Notes: generated by a model not told the origin, from the sequence alone. A DNA stretch of 64,000 bases from Bugula neritina (GCA_964035545.1 OZ037766.1:6686722-6750721), one strand, 5' to 3'; positions 1 to 44,590 are shown, counted from the first letter of the stretch. Numbers and translations are program-made.

Positions 1-188
1 AACTATAGCAATATAAAGCAATGGTTTGCACACATAATCGACATTGTGCCAATATAAAAAACAAGTTATGCTATGGTATATAACAGATAGTATTTTAATA
101 GAAATAATCTTATTTTACGTCATGCTGGATATAGCATTTAATGCAGCGTAAACTTTAGCTAGCGACAAAGAGAAGACTACCACTTTAC

Positions 189-3100
189 CTGTTGGCGACC
201 TCCTTTTCCACATCCCTCTGTTTCAGTTTGTTCACCCAGTCTGCATCCACATGCAGTTTACCCAGTCTCTTCTGTAAGTCAACTATGAATGTTCCAGCAT
301 CTGCCTGCACAGCTACCGTTGGTTTCCAGAACATGTCTGAGTTCCTCCATAGCTGACCTTTGTCTCTGTTCACGGCAATAATCTTTGCTTTTCTGTTTAA
401 TGATCTGCCATAGCTCAGGCGGAAATCACAAACAGAACCTAAAGCAGTGCATGAAATATACTAGCTACTATTTTAGTTTCCGTCATGCAAGTGTTGCTTT
501 ATTTCTTATACTTAATTCATGTTTCCTGTGTGAATGCCAATTTTGAAAACTACAAATGAATATTACATCTCAGGCTTTTTTCAAAAACGTCAAACCTGTT
601 TATATCTCAGTCCTTGTTTTACTTTTAAAACCTACTCACATATACCAACTATATCCACAATTTATTGTAATACCTTAGTTGTAGCTATAATTTACCCACA
701 CTGTTATCTTACTGCTAGAAACACAAGTGTAAATACCAACATAAACTGGAAAGAGCAGCCATAAACACAACCAGGAGTTCAGAGTTACACACCAATCAAG
801 GTAATGAACAGCATACCTAAGAGAATAATAGTGTCGGCTTCCTTCAGGCATTCTCCTCTCTTCTGACGACATTGAATATCAGAGTTCTTACCGAGTAGAC
901 CGCGAGACATGCCACCCAAGTAACAAGGCACACCCAACGCCTGTAACACACATCAACTAACAACCTGTAGAAGTAAAACTAAGCACATGTATTTATTATG
1001 CGATGTCTATGAAGTTTATTTAATGATGGTTATTGAAAGTATAAATGCAACCCACACCTCTAAACTCTGTCTAATCTGGTCGGCTGGAGTTGGAGGCAGC
1101 AATGTTTGGCTGCCGATGACTATAACTGGAGTCTTGGCTTTAGAGAGAATAGCAGCTGCTGTGTTAACTACAAATAAAAAAAGTTACTATTTCAAGTAGT
1201 TGTATAACAGGAGAGTGGTGGTTTCACAGAAACACTCGACATTGAATAGTAAATATAACAGAAATATATGAGTGGATATTTCATTATGCTGAAAAAACAG
1301 AACAAATTTATTAGAGTAATTATTCAGCTAATTCTCCTTGAAAGCTGATTCACATTTTTGTCCTTCCTAAAGTTATTAATTTGTTAGGTGATGGCTGGCT
1401 GGTCTACCATTTCATCAAAGGTTCAAACCCATCTATTCTATATTTTAGAAAAAGTAAAAAGTGATTAAATGCATTAGTAATTTATCCTAGACAGATGCTA
1501 CCTTGCATGGAATTTTATGTAGCTATTTGGAACAGGACAGAGCGAATAGGTGAGAATTTTTAACTGCATTAGTACAAAACATCTTCTAATCACTAAACAT
1601 TTATACATATATAATTAACTATTTGAATAGTTCAACTTATACATTTTCTGTACTTTATATTTGAATGTACTGGGTAAACTATAAAACCAACCTTGTTCCA
1701 AAGAAGGCGTGGGTATATCAACAGGCAGAGGAGTCGTGTCCCTTGATTCCCAGGCACCGCTGAATATATTGTTCACATAATTTTGAAGATAACTACAATT
1801 TAGAGAAGAAAATTAAAAATCATGCTGCAAATGAATTTAGTACAAAATCAATAAATATACAAACAAGTCACGAAATAAAAAAAAAGTTGAAAATAAATTC
1901 TACAAGAGCTGAATAACTGACAAGATAAACTTTATGTTTTTTCTGTTCTGGGTTGCAGACTAGATATTTGTTAAAAAAACTAACTTACGCATTGACAATC
2001 TTCTGCATGAATCCTCCTCCTTGCTTCACTCCAACTTCTCTCATTACTAACTTATAATTGTATAAAACATCTATAGGAAACTCCACAAACACTGGACCTG
2101 CAATCAGCACACCGTAATACCATCCTCAAGGTTGTAGACAAGATTATGTATACAACAACCTGGGTGATAAGCTTTCACTAGCATCTCTAGTTAAGAAGGA
2201 ACAATACCTGGAGTTCCGGACTGTGCCACTTTTATAGCCTGTCTCAGTGTCGGTGCAATATCTCGCACACAAGTCACCGTAGCGGTGAATTTACACAGTG
2301 GTTTAAAGAGAGACATCTGATCAATGTCCTGCAGGGCTCCTCTACCCTATAAGTTAACACTATATGCTAGACCAAGATTAGAATACAGATAGTGTGGCTG
2401 TATAATACATGCAATGAAACATAGGTCCAATGTTCAACACTGCTTATCTCAAGCCACAGCAAACAAAATGAAACACAACTCTACTCTATATAAATGTTAC
2501 AAGATTAAACAAAATTCTCAACAATTATTATACAACATAATTAAGAACAGCTATAGCTTCACATTCACTTTTTTAATAATTTATACATTTTATTGATCCA
2601 TCAGCTATACAACAGCAAAGATAGAGCTGATCATTACCACAACCTATTGATTAAAGAAAGGACAAAAATACGGAAGCTAATTACATAGACTTTATTCACT
2701 TTTATATAAAATCTTTCTAGTAAACTTTGATAACATAAAACAAGCATGCAGCATCATAACATAGATTTAGTAAGATACAGTGCTCCCTCCATATCTCACT
2801 AGACTGCGGGTCCAAAACCTCAATTCGTGACATTGTAGAATACCAGATTTAACTCACAGATTCGTGAGATATGAAGGGAGTACTGCATATATCACCACAA
2901 CACAACACAGAGTTAGCAAGGTACCTTTAGAATAGAGGCAGCTGCTCCTCCCATCAACAGAACTGGTGACTCCGCCATCTGGGCGTTCTTGACAGCAGTG
3001 ACAGTGTTTGTGAGACCAGGTCCTGCTGTCACTGTGGCTACACCAATGTTCCCTGAGAGACGGGCGACAGCATCAGCAGCAAACACTGCTGCGACCTAGA

Positions 3101-4668
3101 AACAAGGAACTATAAGTTACAGGGCTATGATATTTTATTACTAAAGTAGTCTCTAGACAAATGCTACAACTCAGTAAGTTTACTAAATTACCTAGCAGTG
3201 AGATGTTTGTCGTTATTCGCTATATCACTAGATTAACAGTTGTAATAAAAAATTAGTTGTGAACTTAAGTTTAGCATAATTGACTTATAAACTGTTGGGT
3301 ACATCTGACCATGCTTACTAATGTGATGTACTTTGGAAAGCATTAAGCGCAAATATATTACTTTTATAAGGCTACAGCTGCATAATATTAAGTGTAAAGT
3401 TTTGTGTAGTAACTTGAAAAACAGCTTTAAGTCTTCAACATTACTCCAACTCATAACTCATCACTATATAAAATAAATTGTTAAATATTATTAAAATAAC
3501 ATGTTTTTTTCACAGAAAACTTATTTGATGATTTAGTAGATCAAAGAATAGATGTAAAAAACTGTTTTGCAAACAGAAGAGAAACTAATATTAGAGAATG
3601 ACAGAATAGAGGTGGGATACAAAAGCAGGAAGACATACTTCATCTCTGACATCAATGACCCGTATTTTCTGATTTTCTGCAGCAACTAAAATAGGTGATA
3701 TATGGCCTCCGGATAGACAGAATAGAAACTTTACATCATGATCTTTTAGAACTTGTCCCACTATCTCTCCGCCATGTCTTTCTGAGCTGGTGTCAACCTG
3801 TATGAGAAGTATATGACAAATTTGAGTACGAGGAACACTTACATAGGTCTTGGAAAAAAATAATATTTTACTGTTACCTTTAACTTTAAGTCTATTTAAA
3901 TTCAGAAAAAGTAGAAGTCATTTTGAAGTGGACAATATCACTGTATTAAATTTAATTATGATTCTGTCATTAACATTACTCATTAGTTTTATAATAAAAA
4001 TAGGCATTGACTTGAGTGTAATCGTTTTTGTGCGTGCAATATTTTGTATTCATTTTGATTCTAGCAGATGAATAAACATTGATAATAACTATTGGCATTG
4101 CTATAACTATTAGTATTAGCTAATAGGTATTATTATTACTATTAGTATAAGTAATAATATTACTATAAGTAATGACTGGTCATTAATGAGTTCTACTATT
4201 ACAATTGGTGATCAGCATTATTGTTACTATACATGTAAGTATAACTATATGCATACGATTAATTATAACTAAAACTATAAGTAATTATAATATAACCCAT
4301 TTTGATTTACTTAGAGTTAATAACAATAGTAATCATTTAGAATTGGTGCTACCAGCTTCCGTTTGAGATACACTTAGTGAGGCACTTAGTAAGTGACTTA
4401 CTCTTACCGTTAGTGTTACTGTTGGAGTATTAGTTTTACTCTTACTGAATTGGTAAAAAAGGAGTTAACTTATAGATTAACTTATACTTATAGTTATAAC
4501 TACTACGTTGCAGTTAGTGTTACGGTTACTTACTTTGTGTGACAATATATAGAATACGTGAAATTTTCTTTCAATCAGCCACAATATTATTCCAACGATA
4601 GCTATAGGTAACAGAGGACAAACAGTGTTTAACAGTGCGTCTTGTAAACAACACCAACTAAAACCCAT
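189..4668 (-). CDS. ILVBL: Acetolactate synthase-like protein / 2-hydroxyacyl-CoA lyase 2 (ThDP-dependent), 5' nine exons; gene continues beyond window start
   Basis: Phase-consistent GT-AG exons: 4534-4668, 3639-3797, 2925-3095, 2208-2346, 1989-2097, 1692-1792, 1058-1167, 817-940, 189-438. Translation has an N-terminal hydrophobic anchor ([15 protein letters not shown]), then [108 protein letters not shown], typical of the ILVBL PYR and middle domains. Confidence 0.95.
2778..2885. mobile_element. 108-bp MITE, Tc1/mariner-pogo type, in ILVBL intron 3
   Basis: 22-bp terminal inverted repeats CAGTGCTCCCTCCATATCTCAC / GTGAGATATGAAGGGAGTACTG with 2 mismatches. CAGT termini; TA on the left flank and CA (likely mutated TA) on the right. 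Confidence 0.75.
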
Positions 4669-6854
4669 TTTTATTTCAAAATTTTACTTACAAACTCTAA
4701 TAGTAAAACAAATGAGTAAAATGCAGTTGTAGCACTAGATCAGCATGTTTATGGTTTGGGATGTATCAGCTTTCTACTAAATTTTACTGTTGGCACCGTT
4801 TATCAAAATAACCAAAAGTTAGGCTTCTGTTAGTTGGTATTTGCTTGCAGCTATCTCAGAACGATTTATATTTTAGCCGTTGTGAATACCCAACACTTTG
4901 AGAACGAAGTTCATATCCGGAGGCGTGACAGGGTTACCTCATTGGCCTCCTCGTTGGCCTTGAGGCCTTAGAACCAAATGCAAAGTTACGTACTATTCTC
5001 CACCAATGTTTGACTCTCAACACGATGTTTTTATTGAAGAACAAATCTGGTTCTAGGGTTAAGCTTTATTAACGCGCCAGAGACGTCACATTTGCGCTGC
5101 CTTGCACAAGTTTGTAATTGTAATTGTAATGCAAATGAATTCCTGAGCTGGTCATGCATCGCCTAACTTCAACCTACCGAGACTGAGCATACATTTAATT
5201 TTATAAGCGTCCACATTAGCTTCAATTAAGTTTGTGAGTTGAAGTTTAAGTGCAGTTTTGAACTAATACTAATAGTAATAAGAATACTAATAGTAATAGT
5301 CATTGTGTAAGTCTTAGTTATAGTAATTTAATTTTATAGTAACTTAGTAACTGTAAGACTAAGTGTGTAACAGTAACACTAACACGGGTAACACCAGTAA
5401 CTGTAAGTGTAACAGTAACTGTAGCCGTAGGTGTAAGTGCTAATACTAATACTTACTAAATAGTAATAGTAACACTTATGGCTATGCAGTATGAGTACGA
5501 GTATCAGTATGACTATGAGTATCACTATTAGTATTACTATTACAGTATTAATATCAGTATGCTCTTCTTACTCTTACTGTCTTAGTCGTACACCGGTACA
5601 GTTTGAGTTAGACATAGTGTAAGACTAACAGTAACTGTAAGAGTAAGTTTAAGTGTTAATGACCAAGTTACACTTACTCTTAGTGAGTCTTACCGCTTGT
5701 ACTAGTAGTAGTAGTCTAAGACTAATGGCGTATTACTAATACTAATAGTAGTACTAATAGTAATACTATTAGTATTACTATTACTATTGGTAAATCACTA
5801 AATGTATTGCTCTTGCACCTGGTATCCTTATAGTTATTATAATAATTATTATATTAATATTTTTCTAATAGCAGTTGGGCTTTTACTTTTAGTTTTAATT
5901 CAACCTTAGCTCTCATTTCGATTTTACATTGTTTTTAAATTTATTTAGTCACTAGTGGTTCCAGTTTGCCATTTAGTAATGGTTATAATTTGCAATGCAT
6001 AATCATAATCATAATGATAATGTAAGTGATAGCTTTAGATTATTCATGAGGAATTTTATATTCATATTCATGTCTGCTAAGTGATGTGATAATAACCATA
6101 ATGGTGGTTGTAAGGATGCTTATAGTTATATTCATATTGATATTCATGATTATTTCATGTTTAAAATAGTCATGGTGATAATGTTTAATAATTTTCATAG
6201 TAGTACATTGTCACAATGATTGGTGATAGTCAAGTCTCATTGACAGAAATGTTAGTGATAATAGTTATACCTAATCTTATAAATATATTTTTATCAAAAC
6301 TAAATACAAATATAAAATATATTACTATGAATATCAGTATGCAATTTTATTACAATTATACTAATGCTATCATTATTATTTTAATTTTGATTAAAATATT
6401 CAAGTTATGCTTCAAGTTTATGTTTAAATATACTATATAGTTATTATAATTCCAGCGATGAATAGTATTAACTAAGGTTGATGGCTAAGAGCTTAAGCAA
6501 TTCTTAATCAACACGTTCCTGTTATTACCTGCTAAAATTAAGTTTCTACTTTTCACACATTTCATTTTTTAACCCCAAATTCTTTATTTTTTTTATTAAA
6601 TACTTTCCTATATACAAGCAATGTTTTTCATATTAACATCTGTTGAAGGATGTCATTTGTGAATGGTTTCTAGAGTTGAATGAGGCATAAGCTGTGCAAA
6701 TGTCTTAAATTTACTCGTAAAAGATTTCGTTGATAAAATTTTGCTATGAATTTGTTGCAAGGAACTTCTGGTTGTAATGTTTAAATTAAGCTTATCGCGG
6801 AAGCGATTTGTTTTTCTTCGTAGGTTATGTTGCGTTGAGTGAACAACCCGCATC
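4669..6854. promoter_or_regulatory. Divergent (head-to-head) promoter region of ILVBL and the ferlin
   Basis: Start codons at 4668(-) and 6855(+) face away from each other. A CpG-containing core at about 4860-5210 is flanked by degenerate hexamer tracts. TSS positions are inferred, not observed. Confidence 0.6.
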
Positions 6855-36900
<30,046 letters not shown>

Positions 36901-37570
36901 GTCAGGCTGTAACACCGAATACTCGTTTACAAGCATCTTCTCCGTTTGTCTCGTTACATCAAAGTATGGCTACGTACTGGAAGTGACTGTGTGAACAGTT
37001 GCGGCATACTCAGATATGCAAGGAAATCATTCAACTAGATAATTGTGTATATCATGGTGCTGGGTCTAAACTAACTGCTTATCTATTTACTGTAATACAC
37101 ATGTCATCATGTTCCTAACACTAACTCTATTTGTACTCTATTTGTTCTTAGATTTTTTAAGATATCTTTTTCATATTCATCTTGGCATGCACTTTACCTG
37201 ATTTTGAACAATTTCATAATTTTTTTATTTAATGCAATGAGATAAATCTATTCTTATAATGTTCTATTTCATGATTGAAATTAAGGTGTTTTTCACATGC
37301 CTAGAGTAATATATATAGGCTATAATATTGTTTTCTTTTGGATAGTGTATTGATATTTGCTATTAGAATTTTTGAAGTATTACACTATTACTGTTACTTA
37401 ATAAAATTATCATTAAAATCCTTAGTAATTGTTTATGTGTATTTCTATAAAGTTCAAAACTTTTCAGTTGAAATTTCTGCTCAACTTTATGATGAATAAT
37501 TATAATATTGCTATAAACACATTTCATAAAACAACTATAATCATTACAATGAGTGGTTATAGTAACACCC

Positions 37571-37576
37571 AATAAA
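37571..37576 (+). terminator. Candidate polyadenylation signal of the ferlin
   Basis: First AATAAA I found downstream of the TAA stop at 36900. The AT-rich context makes a chance match possible. Confidence 0.35.
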
Positions 37577-39893
37577 AATCAATAATTATACTAACTAATA
37601 GATGAAACTTATAAGAAGTATTATCTTTCTAGTAATATTCTCATCACAATCAAGTGAGAGATTTAACAAAATTTATAATAATATTTTGATGAAATGAATA
37701 AAACCCACAAATGAGTGTTATACTTATAAAATAAGAATTTGAACAGAGTACTTTCTCGAGCTGCTAAAAATGCTAACAACTCTTATTGGAAAAACTAGGC
37801 AGCATTAAAAAAGTCCATGAAATTTTCACTGAACCTACTTTTCACGCCCAGGCTACAGCAATATTTGTATTCATGTATGAATGTTCGCGCGTCCCGTGTG
37901 CTGGTATGTGCCTGCAATATCAATTATTTAAGTATATTTTTAGAATAATTTACCAAGTTTTATATAAATGGTTTCATACTTGCTACTGCAAAACTTGACA
38001 ATTCCATTATTATTATGTCATTTGTAAAGAAGTTGTTAAAGGAAACTTGTTGGTTGATGCTTTTTATTTACCATCAAATCAAAAAAAGTTGATATGATTA
38101 GTTTGGATTGTCAATGGGTAAGTTAAGCTTCAGACACAATTACTATTAGCTTTAAAAAATATGTTATCTCCGAACTATATCTGATATATAGTTTTCTCTA
38201 TTCTTTCAAGTTATATGTTTAAATTGTCACTAATTACGCACTAATAAATAGGAAATACATGCCTTTTACGGTATTTTCATGTGTGATAACTGGTAACTTA
38301 GTATTATGTTACTTCTGGAATAAACAACCAACACTGCAGCTGGATTTACTCATGAGTGGGCAACTCCATTATTTGACAACCACAACTTCATAATTGAACA
38401 CTTCGCAGAGAAATTTTCGCCGAATAATACTTGGTTGCCAAAGCTACAAAAAGATTTCCGACTGGTATGTGGGAGGCATGTCATTTCTGCCGATATACTT
38501 TACCCAAAATTTGTTTATTGGCTAGTTATAATTTATTGCCAAGGTCGGTTCCAATACCAAATCGCTAGTTGTCCGTCACAGTCACGGTCACCGTGCTTTA
38601 ATTTTAAATGTATGTTTTCATTGCGCTCTATAATATTAATTGCTAACAAATTTAAAAAGTCTGTAGGTTTTAATAATTTATACTGTGTAAATGACAGTTA
38701 CTAGCATATAAATGGTAAATCGTTAAATGCTGTATCCGTTCATTCACTTAATAAGTTCATTGTTTTGCTTGGAAATTGTTACTGTTAGTGTTAGTGTTGG
38801 ACTATTAAAGTTAATATTATCATTAGACATTACTATTAGTGTATTACTATTAGTATTACTATAACTATTAGTATTACTATTTACTATTAGTAATACTGTA
38901 TTAGACCTAGTAATAGTTAAAATATCGGTAGGACTATCACTATGAGTATCAGTATGGGTATCACTATCAGTGTGAGTTGAAATTAAACTATATTTCATTA
39001 TGATTATTTGTATAATTGTAATAATTTTAATCATTACTTAATTTCATAACCATAGACCATAGTAATACTAATAGTATTACTTTAAGTTTATTTGATAAAT
39101 ATTTGTTTCTTGAATTAATGTCTAAATTTAAATCCATTCACATTGTGATTTTCATAATGATTAATGAATCTTAACAGCTTTTATCTGTTAATTTAATGTT
39201 TAAAGCAAGCTAAAATATCATTATCTGCTGTAAGTGTAACCATAGATATAAATATCTATCTTCGTGTACTCTTATCAATAGCTTACTTATAGTTATAGTG
39301 TTAAAATTAAATGTCGCTCAATATAAGTTTATATAAACAGAGCATGTTCTAAACAAGTATAGTTTGAGAAATTTTATTTATAATTATTGGTGTTATTTTT
39401 TCATTTTTGCAAAATAATTCATCGAATTTGTTTGAAATAGACTATTAGTATATAATTTGAGCTTCAAACAAATTAACTATCAGTTTGACCTTGAAAGCTG
39501 CTCTTAGAATGTAAACAGCATTTTTATTCACTTTCATCATTACTGTGGCCGGTTTATTTTCTTTTGATTTAACATGTTAGCTAATGATTGACTGGAAAAT
39601 CGTCATTAATTTTGCTAAAATGACTAAATGTGACTCGAAAAAGCTGAAAGTTCTGAAGTTTTAAATCCGTCAAATTGTAACTTTTCACTTTTCATCAACA
39701 AAATTCACGGTTAATATTTTATTAAATTGTTTCACAAAACAGTTTAGAAAATATGTGTATTCTACATGAATATAACTCTGCAAATTTGTTTTAGTTTGAG
39801 CTGGTATATGGTACAAAAATGCAGTAAAATACTCCTTGTTATTTTTGGCATGGGATAAATTGAAAGTTAAGACTATCACAACTACTTACCAAC

Positions 39894-42800
39894 ATGGAAG
39901 ATGGTGAAGATTATTCTAGCAATGAAAGTGGCTCATTTGGGGAGAAGGATTTTGATCTAAATGACCCTGAGAAGTATGGCTATCAGAAACTTAGTTCATA
40001 TTGTATGTCTGAAGACAGTAGTGATAATGACGGGGACAGGGAGTACTACTCCTCGGAAAATACTACGTGTGATGGTAGGAAATTTGTCTCTCATCATGAA
40101 CATGATGAAGAGATCGAAGCTGCCCAGTCTCTAGAATCTTCTCTATCTTCTACAGATCTGGGAGGGAAAATAGAGTCGTGCAGCCGTGGTATGTTTCAAG
40201 CAGAATCTGCTAATTTCTACTAAACTTCATTAGTGTTTTCACAGACAGTAACCGCTAGTCACTAATAGTAAGTACTAGTCACTGATAGTCACTGATAGTC
40301 ACTGATAGTCACTGCTGGTTCATATTGGTCACTCTGTGTTTTCAGAGCTGTACTCAGCCCCTGCAGCATCGATTCTGCCTCTCAAGCAGTCCTCCTACAC
40401 GGAGTATGATGAGTCGTATTCAGTGCAGTCTACCCCCGACACATCTCCTAGGGACAATGCCACCCAGAGCTACACTGGCAGCACCATCAGCAGCACAAAT
40501 GTTTATAGAAGCAGCAACAAGCCAGTCTCCCAAGTTGATAGTAGTAAGTCACTCATTAATTTGAGTCTATCAGGTTTTGGATATCAATAGACAAAGTAAA
40601 AGCCTGTCTGTTGGTTGCTATAATTTTGTAAATTTGCTTTTAAAATTTGGTAAACTGTATATATTACACTACCACATGTTTTGTGCCTTCAATAATGCAG
40701 TTTGTAGACAAGAATGTTTCTAAAGCAGTAAAAAAAAAACTGTGTAAATGTTAAAATGAATTTATCCAGAATAATTTCATAGTTGATTATATGTCTGCGT
40801 CTATATAATGCTATGAAATACATCATCAAACTTATTTTGTTATAGAAATTGGTTTCTTTCAATCTGGAAATAGAGCCAGTAGTAAATTACCTCTACAATC
40901 ATCACCCTATCAAAGCAAATATGGCAGCTTTGATGAGAATGGACGTTATAAAAGTCAAGACACTGTACGAGGCATGACAGTTCCAAGTCTCTATGCTCAG
41001 CCTGATCATGTGATGGTAGAGATGGAGCCGATTAGTAGTAAGGACAAGCTGGTTCCTGGTAAATCTCTTTGGAAACCCACATCCAGTTCACTCACCAAAG
41101 GTTTCTGTCATACTCTCTGACACCAATATTATACACCTCTTGAGGAAGCAAATTTTATCTAATTTTTCAACTTATCCGAAGCTTTGCCTAAATCGATCTG
41201 ATCACATTTGACAAAAATAAGTCAAATATTAAGCAAAATTTAATTTGATTAAAGCAGTTGAACTTTGCTTAAGTTTTGTCTCAAAATAATAATGATTCTC
41301 TCCACTCATGTAACTTCTGCATCCTTTGGCATCCCTCCAATTGAAGTGAACAAATAATTATAACAAAACACATACTGAATTTGTATTTCTGTTTTGGGTG
41401 GTGCTGCAGTAACAACATCAACAGAATGTTTACTTATATTACTTTATTTGTGCCTCATGCTAATTATTGTGCAATATTTATTTGTTTAAGTTTTTCCTAG
41501 TGTTTTGAACCTTGAGATTATAAAATTCCAATAATGTAGATGTAGTTTTTTCTTTTATCTTGTTATGTTTCATATTGTAATGCTTATTTTCTACTTTTAC
41601 TGAAATGTTACAATTTTTTTTTAACCTCCAGTAGATTTTGTTTGTAACTGGTGATGTAATGTGTTTAGATGGTGACGAGATATTGACTGGTTTAGACAAA
41701 GGGAACGGATCTTCATGGCATACAGTTGGTAGTTCCTTTTCACACAGTTACAACAGGTCTAGTCTCAACAATCAATCCGCATATCCACCTCCCTTGAGCA
41801 GCACCACAAATATGCCTGGCTATGACGACAGAGAATACGGTTACAGAGACAGTCTGGAGCACCAGCATCCTGACAGACAGACGGGCAGGCAAGCCAACAG
41901 ACAGGCAAATAAACAGACATCCACCACCACCTCTCCTCTTAAAACAGCTCCGGCTAAATCATATGATGCATGCTCATCTTCCGCTATGGTATATAGTTAT
42001 TAGCTCTAACACTTCTACTCTCTACTTCATTCTATAATGCTTAAAATTTGTGTTACTATATTATAACAGTTCCATTACTATTTTCCCTAAGAATTTTCAA
42101 TGCAACGCTCAATAAATATGAACATGAAAAATTAACAGTCGCCCTTACAGTACTAAACAGTGACGAGGTGGGAAAAATCAAATCTTTACATTTTTTTAAA
42201 TTGTTAACTAAATTATAGCTTTAGCCCATCTTTGGACTTGTTCAAGTAATTACTACAATTTATGTGTACTTTTGTTTGCAGCCTCTCTCGAATACTGAAA
42301 AACGACGAGGAAAGCGAAATAAAAAAGTAAATAAAATGCCAGAAACTCTGGCAGAGGATATTGAAGGTAATGTCGGGGACAAGGATATCGATGAACTGCT
42401 GGCGTATTTAGGGGAAGATAACACTAGTCCTGATAAATCTAAAAAGAAAAAAGATAAAAAGATGAAAAAAAAAGACAATTCAAATGCTGAAAAAGCCAGC
42501 AAAACCGCCGGCACCTCTAATCTGGTTCTTGGCAAGAAAAAGGAATCTCAGAGCGGCAAGACCAAGCAGCCTGGTGTGCAGCAGGATCATGTTGAAACAC
42601 GAGTTCCTACTAGTTCAGCTGCACTGAGCTCTATAATACAGACAACCTCTGATGATGGGGTCACTAGTCGAATTATACTCAACGGACACTTTGGAGAGCG
42701 GAATATAGATGAAGAGATAGTTAAAACCCTAAACAAACAGTCAGTCAAAGATTTTCCTCAAATTAGCCAGAGTGAACAAGCTGAACCAGCAATTTCTCGA

Positions 42801-44590
42801 GTCAATGGTGATGTTGAAAAACTTTCTCCTATTGAGCCAGAGTTTAAAACTATCAATCAAACAATAGACGTAACGTATGACATAGAACTGATTAGTGATT
42901 TTGTAGAAGAAGAGTTTATAAGAGTGGAAACTCCTGAGCCTGTTGAGGAGGAGTTCAGAGTTGTTCACAAGAAAAAGAAAGGTCATCATTCAAAGCCATC
43001 TCTGGTGACAGCAGCGGAAAAAGACATCAATGCAATTCCACCCGTTCCTGACCATCAGTTTAAGCCTGTTAATAGAAAAAATCATATCTTGAATTATAAG
43101 ACAAAACCAGAAAAATTTAGTAAAGAGGCAAATTCCACAAACTTCCAACGCTTTAGTTCACCAGTCTTGGGGGAGAATGCTGCAAACGCCAAACCAATGT
43201 CTGCTAATTCTTCAACTCAGCCCGATCTTAGCAGTGAAAGCGCTTTTCCACGTCTTTCTAGTGAGTATTCATCGCGCGCTCCAAAAGTTGCCACAGTGCA
43301 GCCATTTTCCTGGACAGACAAACTTCGTGCACCCAGTGACTCCGCCTACAGTTCCTCAGCATGTGACGTGAGTAACCTTGGTAGTGGTGCATCCACCATT
43401 CAACCAGTTAGCTTTTCTCACCAGTTACACGAGTCTAATGCTGGTCAAAAGACATCCAATTTAGATGACAGTCAGTTGAATCTGGGAAATAATTCTAATT
43501 TGTCTCGTGCAAAGGATGTGTTGAAATCGGATTATTCCGGAAGTCTGACTCAGAATGAACATCAATTAAATGATATTTGCGCCAATAGCCTTTCTAATGG
43601 CACAGAAAATGTTTCACTAATTATAGAAAATAATTTCTTGGAAGTTAGGAACATATCACAAGAGTTTGGAAATAGTTCACCCAAGAATGATAAAAGCCTG
43701 TCCAGTTCTGATGAAGACAATTTACAGAGTTGTGACAAACTGATATGCAGTGGGGACAAAAAGTCGAATGGTAGTAGCGCAAGAAAGGGTAAAGTGGTAG
43801 AGTTTGTTGGGCGTTCGGCTGGTGTTGATCAAACCACAGGTGCTAACATACAATTTGGATTTGATTCTTCAGCGAAATTAGAATTCAACTTTGGTATCGA
43901 TGATGAAATTTTGTCCCGAACGTCACTTGGGCAACCAAATAAATGTGAGACTCGTGCTTCTGAGTGCGGATCTGGCGATCACAAGGTCAAATTTCAGCCT
44001 GTTGATGTCTTGCAAAACTTACTACAAGCGGCTGATTTGGCCAAAGACGTCAACTGTGGGTTAACTGACGAAAACCGGCCTCTTCTAAAAAATGTGAAAA
44101 TGATTTGGAAAGGTAAAATACATGTAGTACCACTTTGAGGTGCTGTAGATATTATGGTGATGTGTTGCTCATACATATAGAACAGTTACTACTTACTTGC
44201 CTGTTGGTTCTATAGTATGCTATATTCAGCTCTATTATTACGTTATATTTGTTTTCATGTCACATTATTATGCTGTCCCGTGTTATGGTGCTCTGTCGTA
44301 TATTGTAGTACACTAAGAATTGACTTTATGTGCCTTGCTGTAATATTACATATTATTTGTATGTACTGAAGTTCTGTATTTTAGAATGGAAAGCTGCAGA
44401 AAGTGATTTGAAGCTGGCCCAAAGTAAAGAGGCTGGTAGGTATTGGATGTTTTATAGTAAGATTTCTGCTGAACTTTTTACATTCTGTCATTCTAGTTAT
44501 ACATCTAGTTATAACAAATATATGACATTTCTCACAGGTGCTGCAGGTAGGCCGAGAGTTGCTTACTGGACACGAGACTTTGTTATCTGA
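39894..44590 (+). CDS. Uncharacterised, largely disordered Ser/Asn/Lys-rich protein (about 990 aa)
   Basis: CAAC-ATG start. Phase-consistent exons 39894-40188, 40346-40543, 40846-41058 (alternative in-phase donor at 41100), 41669-41988, 42282-44112, 44385-44435, 44538-44590 (TGA). The 1.8-kb exon is stop-free. Confidence 0.8.
40255..40315. repeat. 10-bp AGTCACTGAT tandem repeat
   Basis: About 5 copies in intron 1 of the uncharacterised gene, near the acceptor. Confidence 0.8.

Noticed and set aside
3639-3650. ILVBL has RDE rather than the usual RHE motif
   Set aside because: The catalytic Glu is retained, and a single substitution is not enough to infer altered function.
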